Below, in pieces: positions 45,867-55,167 of a stretch of 64,000 bases of DNA. Made by a program: the position numbers and the translations under genes. This DNA is from Minisyncoccota bacterium (GTDB lineage: Bacteria > Patescibacteriota > Minisyncoccia > Phycocordibacterales > UBA2100), in contig JAYWCB010000012.1 in the NCBI GenBank assembly GCA_043780835.1, positions 21,998-85,997 on the forward strand, given 5' to 3'. Numbering within the stretch: position 1 is the first letter of the stretch; the number at the start of each line of letters is the position of its first letter. The notes below the pieces were generated by a model. The model worked only from the letters and a program-made list of their open reading frames with translations. It made no database searches and was not told where the DNA came from.

Positions 45867-46322
45867 TCACCCGCGCATGAGTGTGCGTATATGTGCAAAT
45901 TGTTCAGCACTCACCGGCTGCACGGAAAGCCGTGATCCGCGTTGCAAAAGAAGCATATCGCCGAGTACGGGATCTCGCCGCATTTCACTCAGCATAATGG
46001 GAACAACGGCCGTTTCGACAAATGCGACATCAACACATTCCCATACCGGCTTGTCCCGTGTCGCCTTCGGTTCGAAGTAATCGCCCGATTTGTTAAATTG
46101 GGACTCGTCGGCATGTGCGGGCGTGGCTACGCGCGCGATACCCGCCACACAGAGAGGTTCGGTACTCGAGTGATAAAAGAGGAGCAAATCCCCTTTTTTC
46201 ATTGCACGCATATGATTGCGTGCCTGGTAATTACGTACCCCCTCCCACGAGGTTTGGGTATCCCGTTTGAGATCGAGTATGGAATACGTGTTGGGTTCCG
46301 ATTTGATAAGCCAATACTGCAT
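45867..46322 (-). CDS. EVE domain protein
   Basis: YWLIKSEP, WEGVRNYQARN, FYHS, RLSVQPV. Confidence 0.95.
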   Translation of the reverse strand: MQYWLIKSEPNTYSILDLKRDTQTSWEGVRNYQARNHMRAMKKGDLLLFYHSSTEPLCVAGIARVATPAHADESQFNKSGDYFEPKATRDKPVWECVDVAFVETAVVPIMLSEMRRDPVLGDMLLLQRGSRLSVQPVSAEQFAHIRTLMRG

Positions 46323-46379
46323 ATTGATCTTCGAGTTCCGTTTCTGGTGAAGCGGCAGAAATACGACCCTGCGACACTA

Positions 46380-46607
46380 TTATATATCGTCCTCAATTTC
46401 GTATGACTTTGACGGATGTCGGAGGCCGCGCAACAAACGCACATTACGCTCCGGTACGCGAAAATGGATCGCGAGCATAGAACGAACGCGGTCGTTCGCC
46501 CGATTATCTTCTGCTGGCTCGCGAACCGAAATCTGCATTTTGTTGTCTGAAATAGTTATCTGCGTTTCGCGCGACGCATTCGCATTCACACGTACCCGTA
46601 CGATCAT
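46380..46607 (-). CDS. DUF167 (YggU-like) protein
   Basis: VRVNANAS, VREPAEDNRAN, LAIHF.V....V.LLRG..HPSK. Confidence 0.85.
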   Translation of the reverse strand: MIVRVRVNANASRETQITISDNKMQISVREPAEDNRANDRVRSMLAIHFRVPERNVRLLRGLRHPSKSYEIEDDI

Positions 46608-47176
46608 ACGGCAAGTATGGTATTGCGGAGCGCTTCAATGCCACGACCGCTTGCGGCGGAAACCTGTACCAGTTCGGATGAATCGGTTTTTTCTTTAATC
46701 GCTGCAATTTGCGCTGATAATTCCTTTTGCGATAGTTTATCTATTTTGTTCATAACAATCAGGTATGGTCGCTGTTTCTCTTTTAACATTTTTAGCATCT
46801 CCTCATCGAATCGGGTGAGACCGGCTTTTGAATCAAGTATCACAACCGTGAGCGCCGGGTGTGCTTCGTCTGAGGTAAAGTACCAAATAATCAATTTTCG
46901 AAGTTTTTCTCGTTCCTGTGGTGTCGCCGCTGCGTATCCATATCCCGGCAGATCAACAAAGTAATGCGTCTTATTAATAAGAAACATATTTATCTCGGTT
47001 GTTTTTCCCGGCTTTTTCCCGACGCGCGCCAGCGTGCGCATTTCTGTAAGCCCGTTGAGTATGCTTGATTTACCCACGTTTGACCTGCCGATAAACGCGA
47101 TCTGCGGAATACCGTCGCTTAGAATTTCATCACTGCCACGAATACCTTTTACAAATTGTGCCGTTGTAATTTTCAT
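46604..47176 (-). CDS. engB: Ribosome biogenesis GTPase YihA/YsxC
   Basis: GRSNVGKSS, KPGKT, VDLPGYGYA, NKIDK, VSA. Confidence 0.95.
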   Translation of the reverse strand: MKITTAQFVKGIRGSDEILSDGIPQIAFIGRSNVGKSSILNGLTEMRTLARVGKKPGKTTEINMFLINKTHYFVDLPGYGYAAATPQEREKLRKLIIWYFTSDEAHPALTVVILDSKAGLTRFDEEMLKMLKEKQRPYLIVMNKIDKLSQKELSAQIAAIKEKTDSSELVQVSAASGRGIEALRNTILAV

Positions 47177-48075
47177 AAGGATGTTTCTTTACACGCATCA
47201 CTGCAAAATGCCCGACCATCACCGGTCGAACAGGAATCGCATGCGAGAAAATGGTAATGACACGTATCTTCCGCACAATCCACATAATGCTCGGTAGATA
47301 CTCCGCACAAACGGCACATGCCGACGACTTCTCGATCTCCGCCAAAATGCATGGTGAGACGCTGATCGAATGTGTACAACGTGCCGAGAAAGTCTTCGCC
47401 AGGGTACTGCTCCATATATGAGTGAATGCCGCCGTCGAGCTGATGTACGTTGGTAAAACCGTTACTTAATAGATAGGCCGACATCTTTTCGCACCGTACT
47501 CCGCCCGTACATACCGTGACCACCGTTTTTTCCTTCAATGGCTCCAAACGCTTCATCGCGAGCGGCAAATGGCGCGCCGCCGAGATATCGGGCTGCACAG
47601 AATTCTTGAAGTGACCCGATGCGTATTCGTAATTATTACGCATATCGAGGATCGTAAAATCACGATTATTTTTGAACCACTCGCGTAGTTCCGTTGGAGA
47701 CAATTTCGGAGCAGTGCGCTCTATCGGATTGGCCACATCTTTTGGAAAGCCGGTGCCGACGATTTCGTTACGGACTTTTACTGACAATCCCGGAAGGGAT
47801 TGTCCGGTGCCGACGCTCCGCTTAATCTGCATGCCGAGAAACGGCGTACGACTGAGAATCCATCCAGCGAATGCCTCCGTATCCGAAATGTATCCTTCAA
47901 CAGTTGCATTGATGCCTTCAGCGGCAACAATCACCCGTCCCGTCAGCGACAACGCTTCCGCTTTCGCTCGTATTTCTGCCGCGAGTTCTTGAGGATTCTC
48001 GAGGGTAACGTACTTGTAGAAAAGCAGCACCTGGTAGGTGCTGCTCTCTTGCCTCGTTTCGCTGGGGCTCGTCAT
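47173..48075 (-). CDS. trhO: Rhodanese-domain protein, YceA/TrhO (tRNA uridine hydroxylase) family
   Basis: LLFYKY, GRVIVAAEGINAT, DMRNNYE..GHF, CTGGVRCEK, QLDGGI, FDQR, C-terminal Cys cluster. Confidence 0.85.
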   Translation of the reverse strand: MTSPSETRQESSTYQVLLFYKYVTLENPQELAAEIRAKAEALSLTGRVIVAAEGINATVEGYISDTEAFAGWILSRTPFLGMQIKRSVGTGQSLPGLSVKVRNEIVGTGFPKDVANPIERTAPKLSPTELREWFKNNRDFTILDMRNNYEYASGHFKNSVQPDISAARHLPLAMKRLEPLKEKTVVTVCTGGVRCEKMSAYLLSNGFTNVHQLDGGIHSYMEQYPGEDFLGTLYTFDQRLTMHFGGDREVVGMCRLCGVSTEHYVDCAEDTCHYHFLACDSCSTGDGRAFCSDACKETSL

Positions 48076-48170
48076 GTGCACACTATGCAGGGTTGTACGC
48101 AGCCTGCAAGTCTGCAATATACATATTCTTCATTTTGAACATGGCACGCCCGTGAGCGTCCATACGCCGC

Positions 48171-48208
48171 ATAGCAAAAAGCGCCCGGTGTCGGGCGCTT
48201 TTTGCTAT
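48171..48208 (-). terminator. Intrinsic terminator
   Basis: ATAGCAAAAAGCGCCC-ggtgtc-GGGCGCTTTTTGCTAT. Confidence 0.75.
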
Positions 48209-48687
48209 TAGCCGCGCTTTTTTGCGGCACGAGTCGCAAGCATGGTCGCCTTCGTCGCAAGTCGTTTTTTGGACTTGCGGGATTTTGACTCACGAGGTGC
48301 AATCGGTGAAATTCTTCCCATAGGGTGATTGTACACGGTCGTGCTTGATCGGTCGATACTACCCCTCTTTTTCGAGGTATTCTTTTTTGCGGGCAGAGAC
48401 TGTGCAATGGCAAACAAAATTGCCGGTAAATCCTCGATCGAGGATAGCTGGGGTTCTTCCACAATGTAATAGGGCTTCGCGCCTGGATACGGAGGACCTT
48501 TTTCACAGACATTCTCGAGGGCCGCACTCGCCGGGAGGATCTTTACGTAGAGCAGATCGTCGCATACGAACGCAACCGTCTTTCCGCTTGCGTAGAGCGC
48601 GTATTCACCAAACATCGATCGCACCGTAAAGCGCGAATCTCCCAGTTTCTCGAGTAAAAACTCCACCGTATCTTTTTGAGTTGACAT
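48208..48687 (-). CDS. TfoX N-terminal domain protein with a basic C-terminal extension
   Basis: RSMFGEYALY..GK..AFVCDDLLYVK, PYPGAK. Confidence 0.85.
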   Translation of the reverse strand: MSTQKDTVEFLLEKLGDSRFTVRSMFGEYALYASGKTVAFVCDDLLYVKILPASAALENVCEKGPPYPGAKPYYIVEEPQLSSIEDLPAILFAIAQSLPAKKNTSKKRGSIDRSSTTVYNHPMGRISPIAPRESKSRKSKKRLATKATMLATRAAKKRG

Positions 48688-48690
48688 GAT

Positions 48691-49107
48691 CTAGCTGGAT
48701 TCGATCACGCGTTTCAGATTCTCGAGCGTATGTTGCCAACCCGTTTTTTGCATTTCAATCGGGTTTTCTTTTTCGGCATCAACAACTTGCGCAACGCGCA
48801 CGCTATCACCGATCAATTCAAATGTGGTGACCGCTGTGCGACCGTCTCCCATCGTATACGCGATTTTCTCATGCGGAACGACCTCGTCGTAGATTCCGCC
48901 GAAATCGAAACTCTGTGAACTATCCTTTGCAGCCATCCGTGAGAGGAACGCACCTCCTGTTTTCAATTCATTCTTGATGGCCGTCGTTTCCCAATCAGGT
49001 GAACCGCTCGCCCATTCCGCTATGTGGCTTGTGTCCGTAAAATACTCCCAAACCTTTTTGATCGAGGCGCTTATAACTACTTCCGTGGTAAATGTTTTGA
49101 AGCTCAT
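48691..49107 (-). CDS. SRPBCC/AHSA1 domain protein
   Basis: KVWEYFT..HI.EW, RMAAKD.S.SFDFGG.Y, ENPIEMQKTGWQ. Confidence 0.9.
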   Translation of the reverse strand: MSFKTFTTEVVISASIKKVWEYFTDTSHIAEWASGSPDWETTAIKNELKTGGAFLSRMAAKDSSQSFDFGGIYDEVVPHEKIAYTMGDGRTAVTTFELIGDSVRVAQVVDAEKENPIEMQKTGWQHTLENLKRVIESS

Positions 49108-49130
49108 ATGTTCATTATATCTGGCGCTGC

Positions 49131-49490
49131 TCAAAATTCGTACAGTATGTCTGCAAAATCAACGATTCTATTTTTCTTGTCGATCGCAATGCCCTCTTTT
49201 TTATACAACGCCACCCGTTTCTGATGATACACAGGCGAGATCCAAATCTTTCCATCACTATAGACGATTCGGTGGAACGGTATCTTTTTTTCTCCGTTAT
49301 CCCAGGCTTTTCCAAGGATGCCCGTAATGCTACGCGCAGCCATACCGCCACCGCCTGCTTTTCGCGCAAGTGCCGCGTAGGTAGTAACTCGTCCGGGTGG
49401 AATGGACAAGGCGAGTATTACGACCCGTTCACTAAATGTCGTTACCGCTGCTTTACGTGTAAGCGGTTTTCTATCAGGAAAAAGAGTCAT
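49131..49490 (-). CDS. Alkyltransferase-like (ATL/MGMT family) DNA-binding protein
   Basis: IPPGRVTTY..LA, IPFHRIV (no catalytic Cys), L..EGI. Confidence 0.88.
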   Translation of the reverse strand: MTLFPDRKPLTRKAAVTTFSERVVILALSIPPGRVTTYAALARKAGGGGMAARSITGILGKAWDNGEKKIPFHRIVYSDGKIWISPVYHQKRVALYKKEGIAIDKKNRIVDFADILYEF

Positions 49491-49536
49491 GCACGCAGCC
49501 TATCAAAAAGCATTCTTCTCGTCATCGAAAAAAGAA

Positions 49537-49659
49537 TCAAAGTGGGATCGCATCTGAAGTGGTCGCCGTAGCCGGAATGTATGATCGGCTACCCCACGCA
49601 AGCCATCCCGCCACACCAAGAACACTTGCAATGACAAGTGCCGGTAATATTTTTTGCAT
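49537..49659 (-). CDS. 40-aa single-TM microprotein (not in ORF track)
   Basis: MQKILPALVIASVLGVAGWLAWGSRSYIPATATTSDAIPL*. Confidence 0.45.
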   Translation of the reverse strand: MQKILPALVIASVLGVAGWLAWGSRSYIPATATTSDAIPL

Positions 49660-49690
49660 CACCGGATAAGACGTACAGAGATTCAACGTC

Positions 49691-50302
49691 TTACGGCTCA
49701 AGAGGGCTGGCTTTCAATCTCAGCGCCAACTGAACACAGTTTCGAGCCGTGAGTGCGGCCATGGTCGCAACTGCCTTATTTTTCCGACGACGCTCGGCTT
49801 CAGTTTTTGTGTCTTCTCCCACTTCGCCTACCCAATAGGTGCAGCATTGTGGCGGCAACGTGAAATTCATAAAGCTGAGCACTTCCATAATTGATGCCAT
49901 GGTCGCTTGTGCACCGTCCTCGCTACCAGTTATCACGATACCGGCGACTTTATTTAAAAGCGCACTGCGTCCGTTTGCGTGGTACTCCTCATCCAATGCA
50001 TCCATACGCTCAATCACCCGCTGCATCAAACTGGAGCGACCGCCCCACCACACAGGTGTCGCAAATAAAACAATGTCGGCTATTTTTAATTGATCTACGA
50101 TTGCCGGCCATTCGTCATCTTCGCTCTCACGATATCCCAAGCCAACCGGAATGCGTTTATCCGACAGCCGCACAATATCGTGCGAGATGTCGGCGTGTTT
50201 TTTCATTTCGTCGATCACCATCAGTGCAACCTCTTCCGTGTTCGAAGGACTGTCACCGTGTTTTAACGATGCGTTTAATACCAGTACCCGTAAAGATTCC
50301 AT
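49691..50302 (-). CDS. Flavodoxin-like NADPH-dependent FMN reductase family protein
   Basis: LNASLK...SNT, ADIVLFATPVWWG..SS, NKVAG.VITGSEDG. Confidence 0.9.
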   Translation of the reverse strand: MESLRVLVLNASLKHGDSPSNTEEVALMVIDEMKKHADISHDIVRLSDKRIPVGLGYRESEDDEWPAIVDQLKIADIVLFATPVWWGGRSSLMQRVIERMDALDEEYHANGRSALLNKVAGIVITGSEDGAQATMASIMEVLSFMNFTLPPQCCTYWVGEVGEDTKTEAERRRKNKAVATMAALTARNCVQLALRLKASPLEP

Positions 50303-50310
50303 ACGGAAAA

Positions 50311-51027
50311 TTATACACCTCGAACGCCGAACATATTACCGATCATATAGGTCACGAGCATTGCTAATCCTCCACCTAAAACCATTCTCAGCGTCACAAT
50401 GCTGACACGCGCACCGCTCGCCCGCGCACTGAGTACTCCGGTCACTATCAGTGCAAAAATGACCGCAATAAACGTAACCGCTACTTTTGACGACGCAGGA
50501 GGCACTAAAATTGCAATAAGCGGAATGATCGCACCGACCGTAAACGATGCGGCGGATGCAAATGCCGCTTGCCATGGACTCGTCAGATCATCCGCATCAA
50601 TGTGCAATTCTGCTTCTACGTGCGCAGCAAATGCGTCGTGTGCAGTGAGTTCCCGTGCAACCATCTCTGCAGTACTCCTCTGCAATCCTTTGTTTTCAAA
50701 TATGGTTGTGAGTTCTTCTAATTCTTCTTCCGGGAAGTTCTCAAGTTCGTATTTCTCTTTCGCAAGAAGCGCGTTTTCGGAATCGCGCTGACTGCTTACT
50801 GATACGAATTCTCCGACCGCCATGGAAAGAGAACCCGCCATAAGCCCGGCAATGCCCGCAATGAAAATCGCATGCGAAGATGACGTCGCGCCCGCTACCC
50901 CAACGACGAGCGCCGCGACCGACACAATTCCGTCGTTTGCACCAAGTACTGCGGCACGTAGCCAATTTGAGTGAGAAAGCGAATCATCGTCGTGCGGTTC
51001 GCTATGAGCGGTTTCTGCAATGTTCAT
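50311..51027 (-). CDS. VIT1/CCC1 family Fe/Mn transporter
   Basis: WLRAAVLGANDGIVS, SMAVGEFVSVSSQRD, PWQAAFASA. Confidence 0.95.
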   Translation of the reverse strand: MNIAETAHSEPHDDDSLSHSNWLRAAVLGANDGIVSVAALVVGVAGATSSSHAIFIAGIAGLMAGSLSMAVGEFVSVSSQRDSENALLAKEKYELENFPEEELEELTTIFENKGLQRSTAEMVARELTAHDAFAAHVEAELHIDADDLTSPWQAAFASAASFTVGAIIPLIAILVPPASSKVAVTFIAVIFALIVTGVLSARASGARVSIVTLRMVLGGGLAMLVTYMIGNMFGVRGV

Positions 51028-51041
51028 ATCGCGCCAGTGTA

Positions 51042-51698
51042 TCACCGAGACCTGAGCGTTTTACTAAATGACGATCCCACGGTCATACCGATAGCGGTGC
51101 CGATAAATGCACCCGCAATGAATTCTGAAAACCAGTGGATTGAGAGTGAGACGCCGATCCCAATATAAAACGCGTACAGTACTGAATAAAACAAAATGTG
51201 TTTATTTTTCGGAAAGAGTGCAACAAGCGCAAATGCCATTGCAAACGCAATGGTGGTATGAGATGACGGCCATCCCCAGAATATACCGTGATGCAAAAAC
51301 CCAAACTGAAATCCATGACTGGAATCGGCCATCAAGTCGTGCAAGTTTGGCGGCAAACGACCGGTAAATGCTTTCAACATTGACGAAACGATTGAACCGA
51401 TGAGTGCGGCCTGGCCCATTGCCCAACCGGTTGTCTCAACCTTAATGCGATTAAAGAGCTTTCCGACAACAATAAGAAATAACGGCAGCGACACCGGGAT
51501 AAATGCACCGATGATAACTGCCGGAAAAAACATTTTATTCAAATCCGGATCGCGCACCGCAAGCAGGTATTGCCAATCCAAGCCGGACGTGACGATTATG
51601 TAGGTCGATCCGAATGCCGCAACCAATACCAATACTTTCCACCCGGTAAACGAGGAGATTACATTACGCGGGAGGGTGCGCACAAAATAGCGAAACAT
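51042..51698 (-). CDS. PAP2 family phosphatase
   Basis: LKAFTGR.PP, WPSSHT, IHWFSEF; start moved to MFRYF. Confidence 0.88.
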   Translation of the reverse strand: MFRYFVRTLPRNVISSFTGWKVLVLVAAFGSTYIIVTSGLDWQYLLAVRDPDLNKMFFPAVIIGAFIPVSLPLFLIVVGKLFNRIKVETTGWAMGQAALIGSIVSSMLKAFTGRLPPNLHDLMADSSHGFQFGFLHHGIFWGWPSSHTTIAFAMAFALVALFPKNKHILFYSVLYAFYIGIGVSLSIHWFSEFIAGAFIGTAIGMTVGSSFSKTLRSR

Positions 51699-51817
51699 GA
51701 CAACAGTATAAATTAGAAAATGCCCACGAAACGAGGAGATCCAATTTTGCGTGTATATGAACGATACATTAAGCCTCATTTTGTCAAAAAGACAAAAGTG
51801 ATAGGATTCTACGTTAC

Positions 51818-53824
51818 ATGTCCGGGGAGTACGAACCAGCCGCTCATGAGCGAAAAACAGCCACACACGGGCTGATTCTTTTTCTTGTGTACGCTGCGGT
51901 ACAGGCAATTACAGCACGTATCCTCCCTGAATCTCTGTCGGTAACTCCCGCCCTGTCTGTCGCCATCGCAGCGTTGTATTTCGGAGGCCTCCGATTGTGG
52001 TACGTACTTGCTCTTACGGCACTTGCAACAGAGGCCATCGTACACGGTATTTCGGTACACGGCGCGTTTGTTGCAATTGCGGCAACGCTCAGCGGATGTG
52101 TCGGCGCAATACTCCTGAAGTCGTGGCAGATCGATCCTATATTTCGCAGAAAAAGCGATGTATACATTTTGCTAGCAACCACTGCTATCACTGCACTTAT
52201 TGCCCCTGCAGCGCGCATACTCATGGAGCACCCTACGATTGACGCGTTACTTTTGTCCTACATCGGCGCACTCGTAACCTCTATTATTTTTGTATCGTTT
52301 TTATTGCGGTTCCTTATAAAACCAGGATTTCGCCGTACTGCACGTGAAAGTCTCGAGTTAGTTTCTGTGTTTGCGCTTTTGATGGTGTGCGGATATTTTG
52401 TAAGCCGTGGGCACGAACTCACCGTTCACGGCATAACAGTCGCCTATTTTATCTTTGTACCACTCATGTGGATCGCGCTGCGACTGCGTCCGCGCTTTGT
52501 CACGCTCGCCCTTGTGTATGTCTATGGCTGCATCATGACCGGTCTCATACAGAGCGGATATGCAGGTAACGCCGTGATCGTGCTGCACGAAGAAGCACAG
52601 CTCCTCTTACTCGCGGTCACGTTTCTATTTATTACTGCGCAGGAAGAAGACCGACGGGCGAGCCACAATACAACCATGTCGCACATGCAAACGCTGCAAA
52701 ACGCGGTCGTGCGGATTCAACAAGAATCAAAAGCGAAAGCAGATTTTATTGCAGTGCTCGCGCATGAATTGCGAAATCCACTCGCACCGATCGTCTCGAC
52801 AATCGAATATCTCAAGCTCGTCGGCGGCCGCAATGCCGAAGACGAAGAAGCCCTGAATGTGATCGACGATCGCGCAAAAACAATGCGAAGAATTCTAGAA
52901 GATTTGTTGGACGTATCTCGCATTGAGTCTGGAACGCCAGTTTTTGATCTTGAAACCATGGATCTTCGCACTGCCTTGCACGCATCAATTCTTACGACCG
53001 AACATTATCGCTCAGAGCGGCATCAGCATTTAATGACTGATATTTCCTCTCGTCCGTTATGGGTTTCCGGTGATCAGGTGCGTATAGAACAGATATTCAC
53101 CAACTTATTATCGAATGCATCAAAATATTCACATTCCGGTGATTCTATCTCGCTCCGCGCGCACGAAGTCTCTCGCTGCGCAGAAATTCAAATTCGGGAC
53201 AACGGCATCGGCATCGCGAGCGAATCCTTGCAGCGAATCTTCCTTCCCTTTGAACAGGTCCATGACCCCTCTCACAAAGCGACAGGACTTGGAATAGGTC
53301 TGACTCTGGTTAAAAATTTTGCAGAGATGCTCGGCGGAGGCATATCTGTTGAAAGCGAAGGACTCGGTCGCGGGAGCACCTTTACGATTCGTATTCCGCT
53401 TACGAATCCGCCTCACGAAACGACGCGACCCGCGACCGTCGAACAGGTATCAAAAAATCAATTGGCGGCTAGTCCCCTCGTGCTCATAGTGGATGATAAC
53501 GATGCAGCCGCGTCATCGCTCGGTCGATTGCTCGAAGCGATGCAGTATCGCGTTTTATATTCGCACGATGGTGAGAACGCGCTGCAATCGGCACGGCGAG
53601 AGAATCCATCGCTCATTCTCATGGATCTGAATCTTCCCGGTATAAGCGGGGCGGAGGTCGCGCGCACGCTCCGTGCGAGCGGATTTTCCAACCCGATTGC
53701 CGCACTTTCTGGATACGGAGAAAAAAACGCCGAACAAATGTACGGTGACATCAGCGTCTTCGACGCCTTTCTTGTAAAGCCCGTCGGCATGACTGAATTG
53801 AAAGCCTTTTTACCCAGATCCTGA
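51818..53824 (+). CDS. Hybrid sensor histidine kinase (MASE1-like TM input, HisKA, HATPase, receiver)
   Basis: Multiple TM helices, LAHELRNPLAPI, NLLSNASKY, DNGIG, GLGIGL, VDDN..MDLNLPG..KP. Confidence 0.92.
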   Translation: MSGEYEPAAHERKTATHGLILFLVYAAVQAITARILPESLSVTPALSVAIAALYFGGLRLWYVLALTALATEAIVHGISVHGAFVAIAATLSGCVGAILLKSWQIDPIFRRKSDVYILLATTAITALIAPAARILMEHPTIDALLLSYIGALVTSIIFVSFLLRFLIKPGFRRTARESLELVSVFALLMVCGYFVSRGHELTVHGITVAYFIFVPLMWIALRLRPRFVTLALVYVYGCIMTGLIQSGYAGNAVIVLHEEAQLLLLAVTFLFITAQEEDRRASHNTTMSHMQTLQNAVVRIQQESKAKADFIAVLAHELRNPLAPIVSTIEYLKLVGGRNAEDEEALNVIDDRAKTMRRILEDLLDVSRIESGTPVFDLETMDLRTALHASILTTEHYRSERHQHLMTDISSRPLWVSGDQVRIEQIFTNLLSNASKYSHSGDSISLRAHEVSRCAEIQIRDNGIGIASESLQRIFLPFEQVHDPSHKATGLGIGLTLVKNFAEMLGGGISVESEGLGRGSTFTIRIPLTNPPHETTRPATVEQVSKNQLAASPLVLIVDDNDAAASSLGRLLEAMQYRVLYSHDGENALQSARRENPSLILMDLNLPGISGAEVARTLRASGFSNPIAALSGYGEKNAEQMYGDISVFDAFLVKPVGMTELKAFLPRS

Positions 53825-53883
53825 CACCTTGCGTTTAGAGCATTTGTACGTATAAATGGTCGAGTTCAATCAGGAGACCTCCA

Positions 53884-54498
53884 ATGGTGACTTCATATTT
53901 AATGCCTCCTTTACACGTGATGAGTGAAGGAGAGATATCAGCCCTACTCACAAAGGGAGGGATCAGCATCGACAGCTTCAAATCCTCTGCAAAAAGTTTT
54001 GACGAATTCCTCACTGAAGTGAGGGACAAAGAAGTAAAACTGTATCTCGATCAACATGGTCGTGTCTGCCGCCTGGCAGAAACGGTGCGTATCGTCGCGA
54101 GGATTGCCTCCACTGGCGAATGTATCCGTGAGATTAAGCGAGTGTATCAAAACGGAAAGGTAGTGGTTCGTGGTCCGAGTGCGTTTCCAAGCGAAACGCG
54201 GATCCGTGGAGAACTGCTCACCAGTACCGCGATCCGCTGCTTGAGCGAAGAATTCGGCATTGTGATCACAGAAGAGCAAGTCATGTTGGATCCGATGATG
54301 CTGTTCGATACGCATAATTCATCGGTATTTCCTCCTGGGATTGTCACCGTTAACCTCATTACCGTGGCCAATGTGCTTCTACGCACCCGCCCGTGGGAAG
54401 AAGATCCGAAGGTCCTAAACGACAAAGGCGTCGAGCTCCATGTGACCTACACAGATCCGGCAAATCCGGCGCTCGAAAAACTCATTGAAGCTCTTTAG
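53884..54498 (+). CDS. Hypothetical protein with degenerate Nudix box
   Basis: SETRIRGE....TAIRCLSEEFGI resembles GX5EX7REUXEEXGU; AGGAG SD. Confidence 0.6.
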   Translation: MVTSYLMPPLHVMSEGEISALLTKGGISIDSFKSSAKSFDEFLTEVRDKEVKLYLDQHGRVCRLAETVRIVARIASTGECIREIKRVYQNGKVVVRGPSAFPSETRIRGELLTSTAIRCLSEEFGIVITEEQVMLDPMMLFDTHNSSVFPPGIVTVNLITVANVLLRTRPWEEDPKVLNDKGVELHVTYTDPANPALEKLIEAL

Positions 54499-54557
54499 CG
54501 GCATACCGACATTGGTTCGTACAGGTTCGTACATGCATACCACAACACATAGACGCC

Positions 54558-55160
54558 TTACGATAAGGCGTCTATTCTTTTAACCTCGCGAAGTGCGATC
54601 AGATCCTCGATTGAGGAGTACAGGCGCGCATCAATACCCTGCTCAGCGGCAACATCTACATTCGTTTGATCATCGTCAAGGAACGTAATGTCTTTGGGAT
54701 CGACGGCGAGCGTGCGGATAACCTGTTCAAAAAAAGCAGGTTCAGATTTTTTGCAGCCCAATTTATACGAGAAAAAACAACCGTCCAAACGATTGTTGAA
54801 ATCAAGTGTTTCAAGCATGTATTCCGCACGATAGCGCTCTTGATCGGACGCCAGATACACCTTCAGACCACTCCTGCGAAGCTCTTCAATCAAGGTGAAA
54901 ACTCGTTCGTCAGGGTGTGCATCGGAATTAAACCAATAACTGACAAATTGATCAGCCGTTTTGTTCCAGTTCCATTCAGGTAGATATTTCACGAGCGCGG
55001 CTTTCAAGTCTGCTTTACCCCGCTGTGCTTTGCGAAATTCGTTGTTGTAGAACGGTGCCATTTTCTCCATAGGTACATCGAACTCCTTCGCAATCTTTTC
55101 GCTAAAATAACCGCGTTTTTTGAGCGTCACACCGTCGGCATCGATCAAAAGAATTTTCAT
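54558..55160 (-). CDS. HAD family hydrolase
   Basis: LIDADGV, LASDQ, KKSEP.FF, FLDDDQTNV. Confidence 0.9.
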   Translation of the reverse strand: MKILLIDADGVTLKKRGYFSEKIAKEFDVPMEKMAPFYNNEFRKAQRGKADLKAALVKYLPEWNWNKTADQFVSYWFNSDAHPDERVFTLIEELRRSGLKVYLASDQERYRAEYMLETLDFNNRLDGCFFSYKLGCKKSEPAFFEQVIRTLAVDPKDITFLDDDQTNVDVAAEQGIDARLYSSIEDLIALREVKRIDALS

Positions 55161-55167
55161 AACGCGG

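Noticed and set aside
45867-46322. EVE domain as part of a modification-dependent restriction system
   Set aside because: Stand-alone EVE in an engB/DUF167 gene run with no adjacent fused nuclease or ATPase
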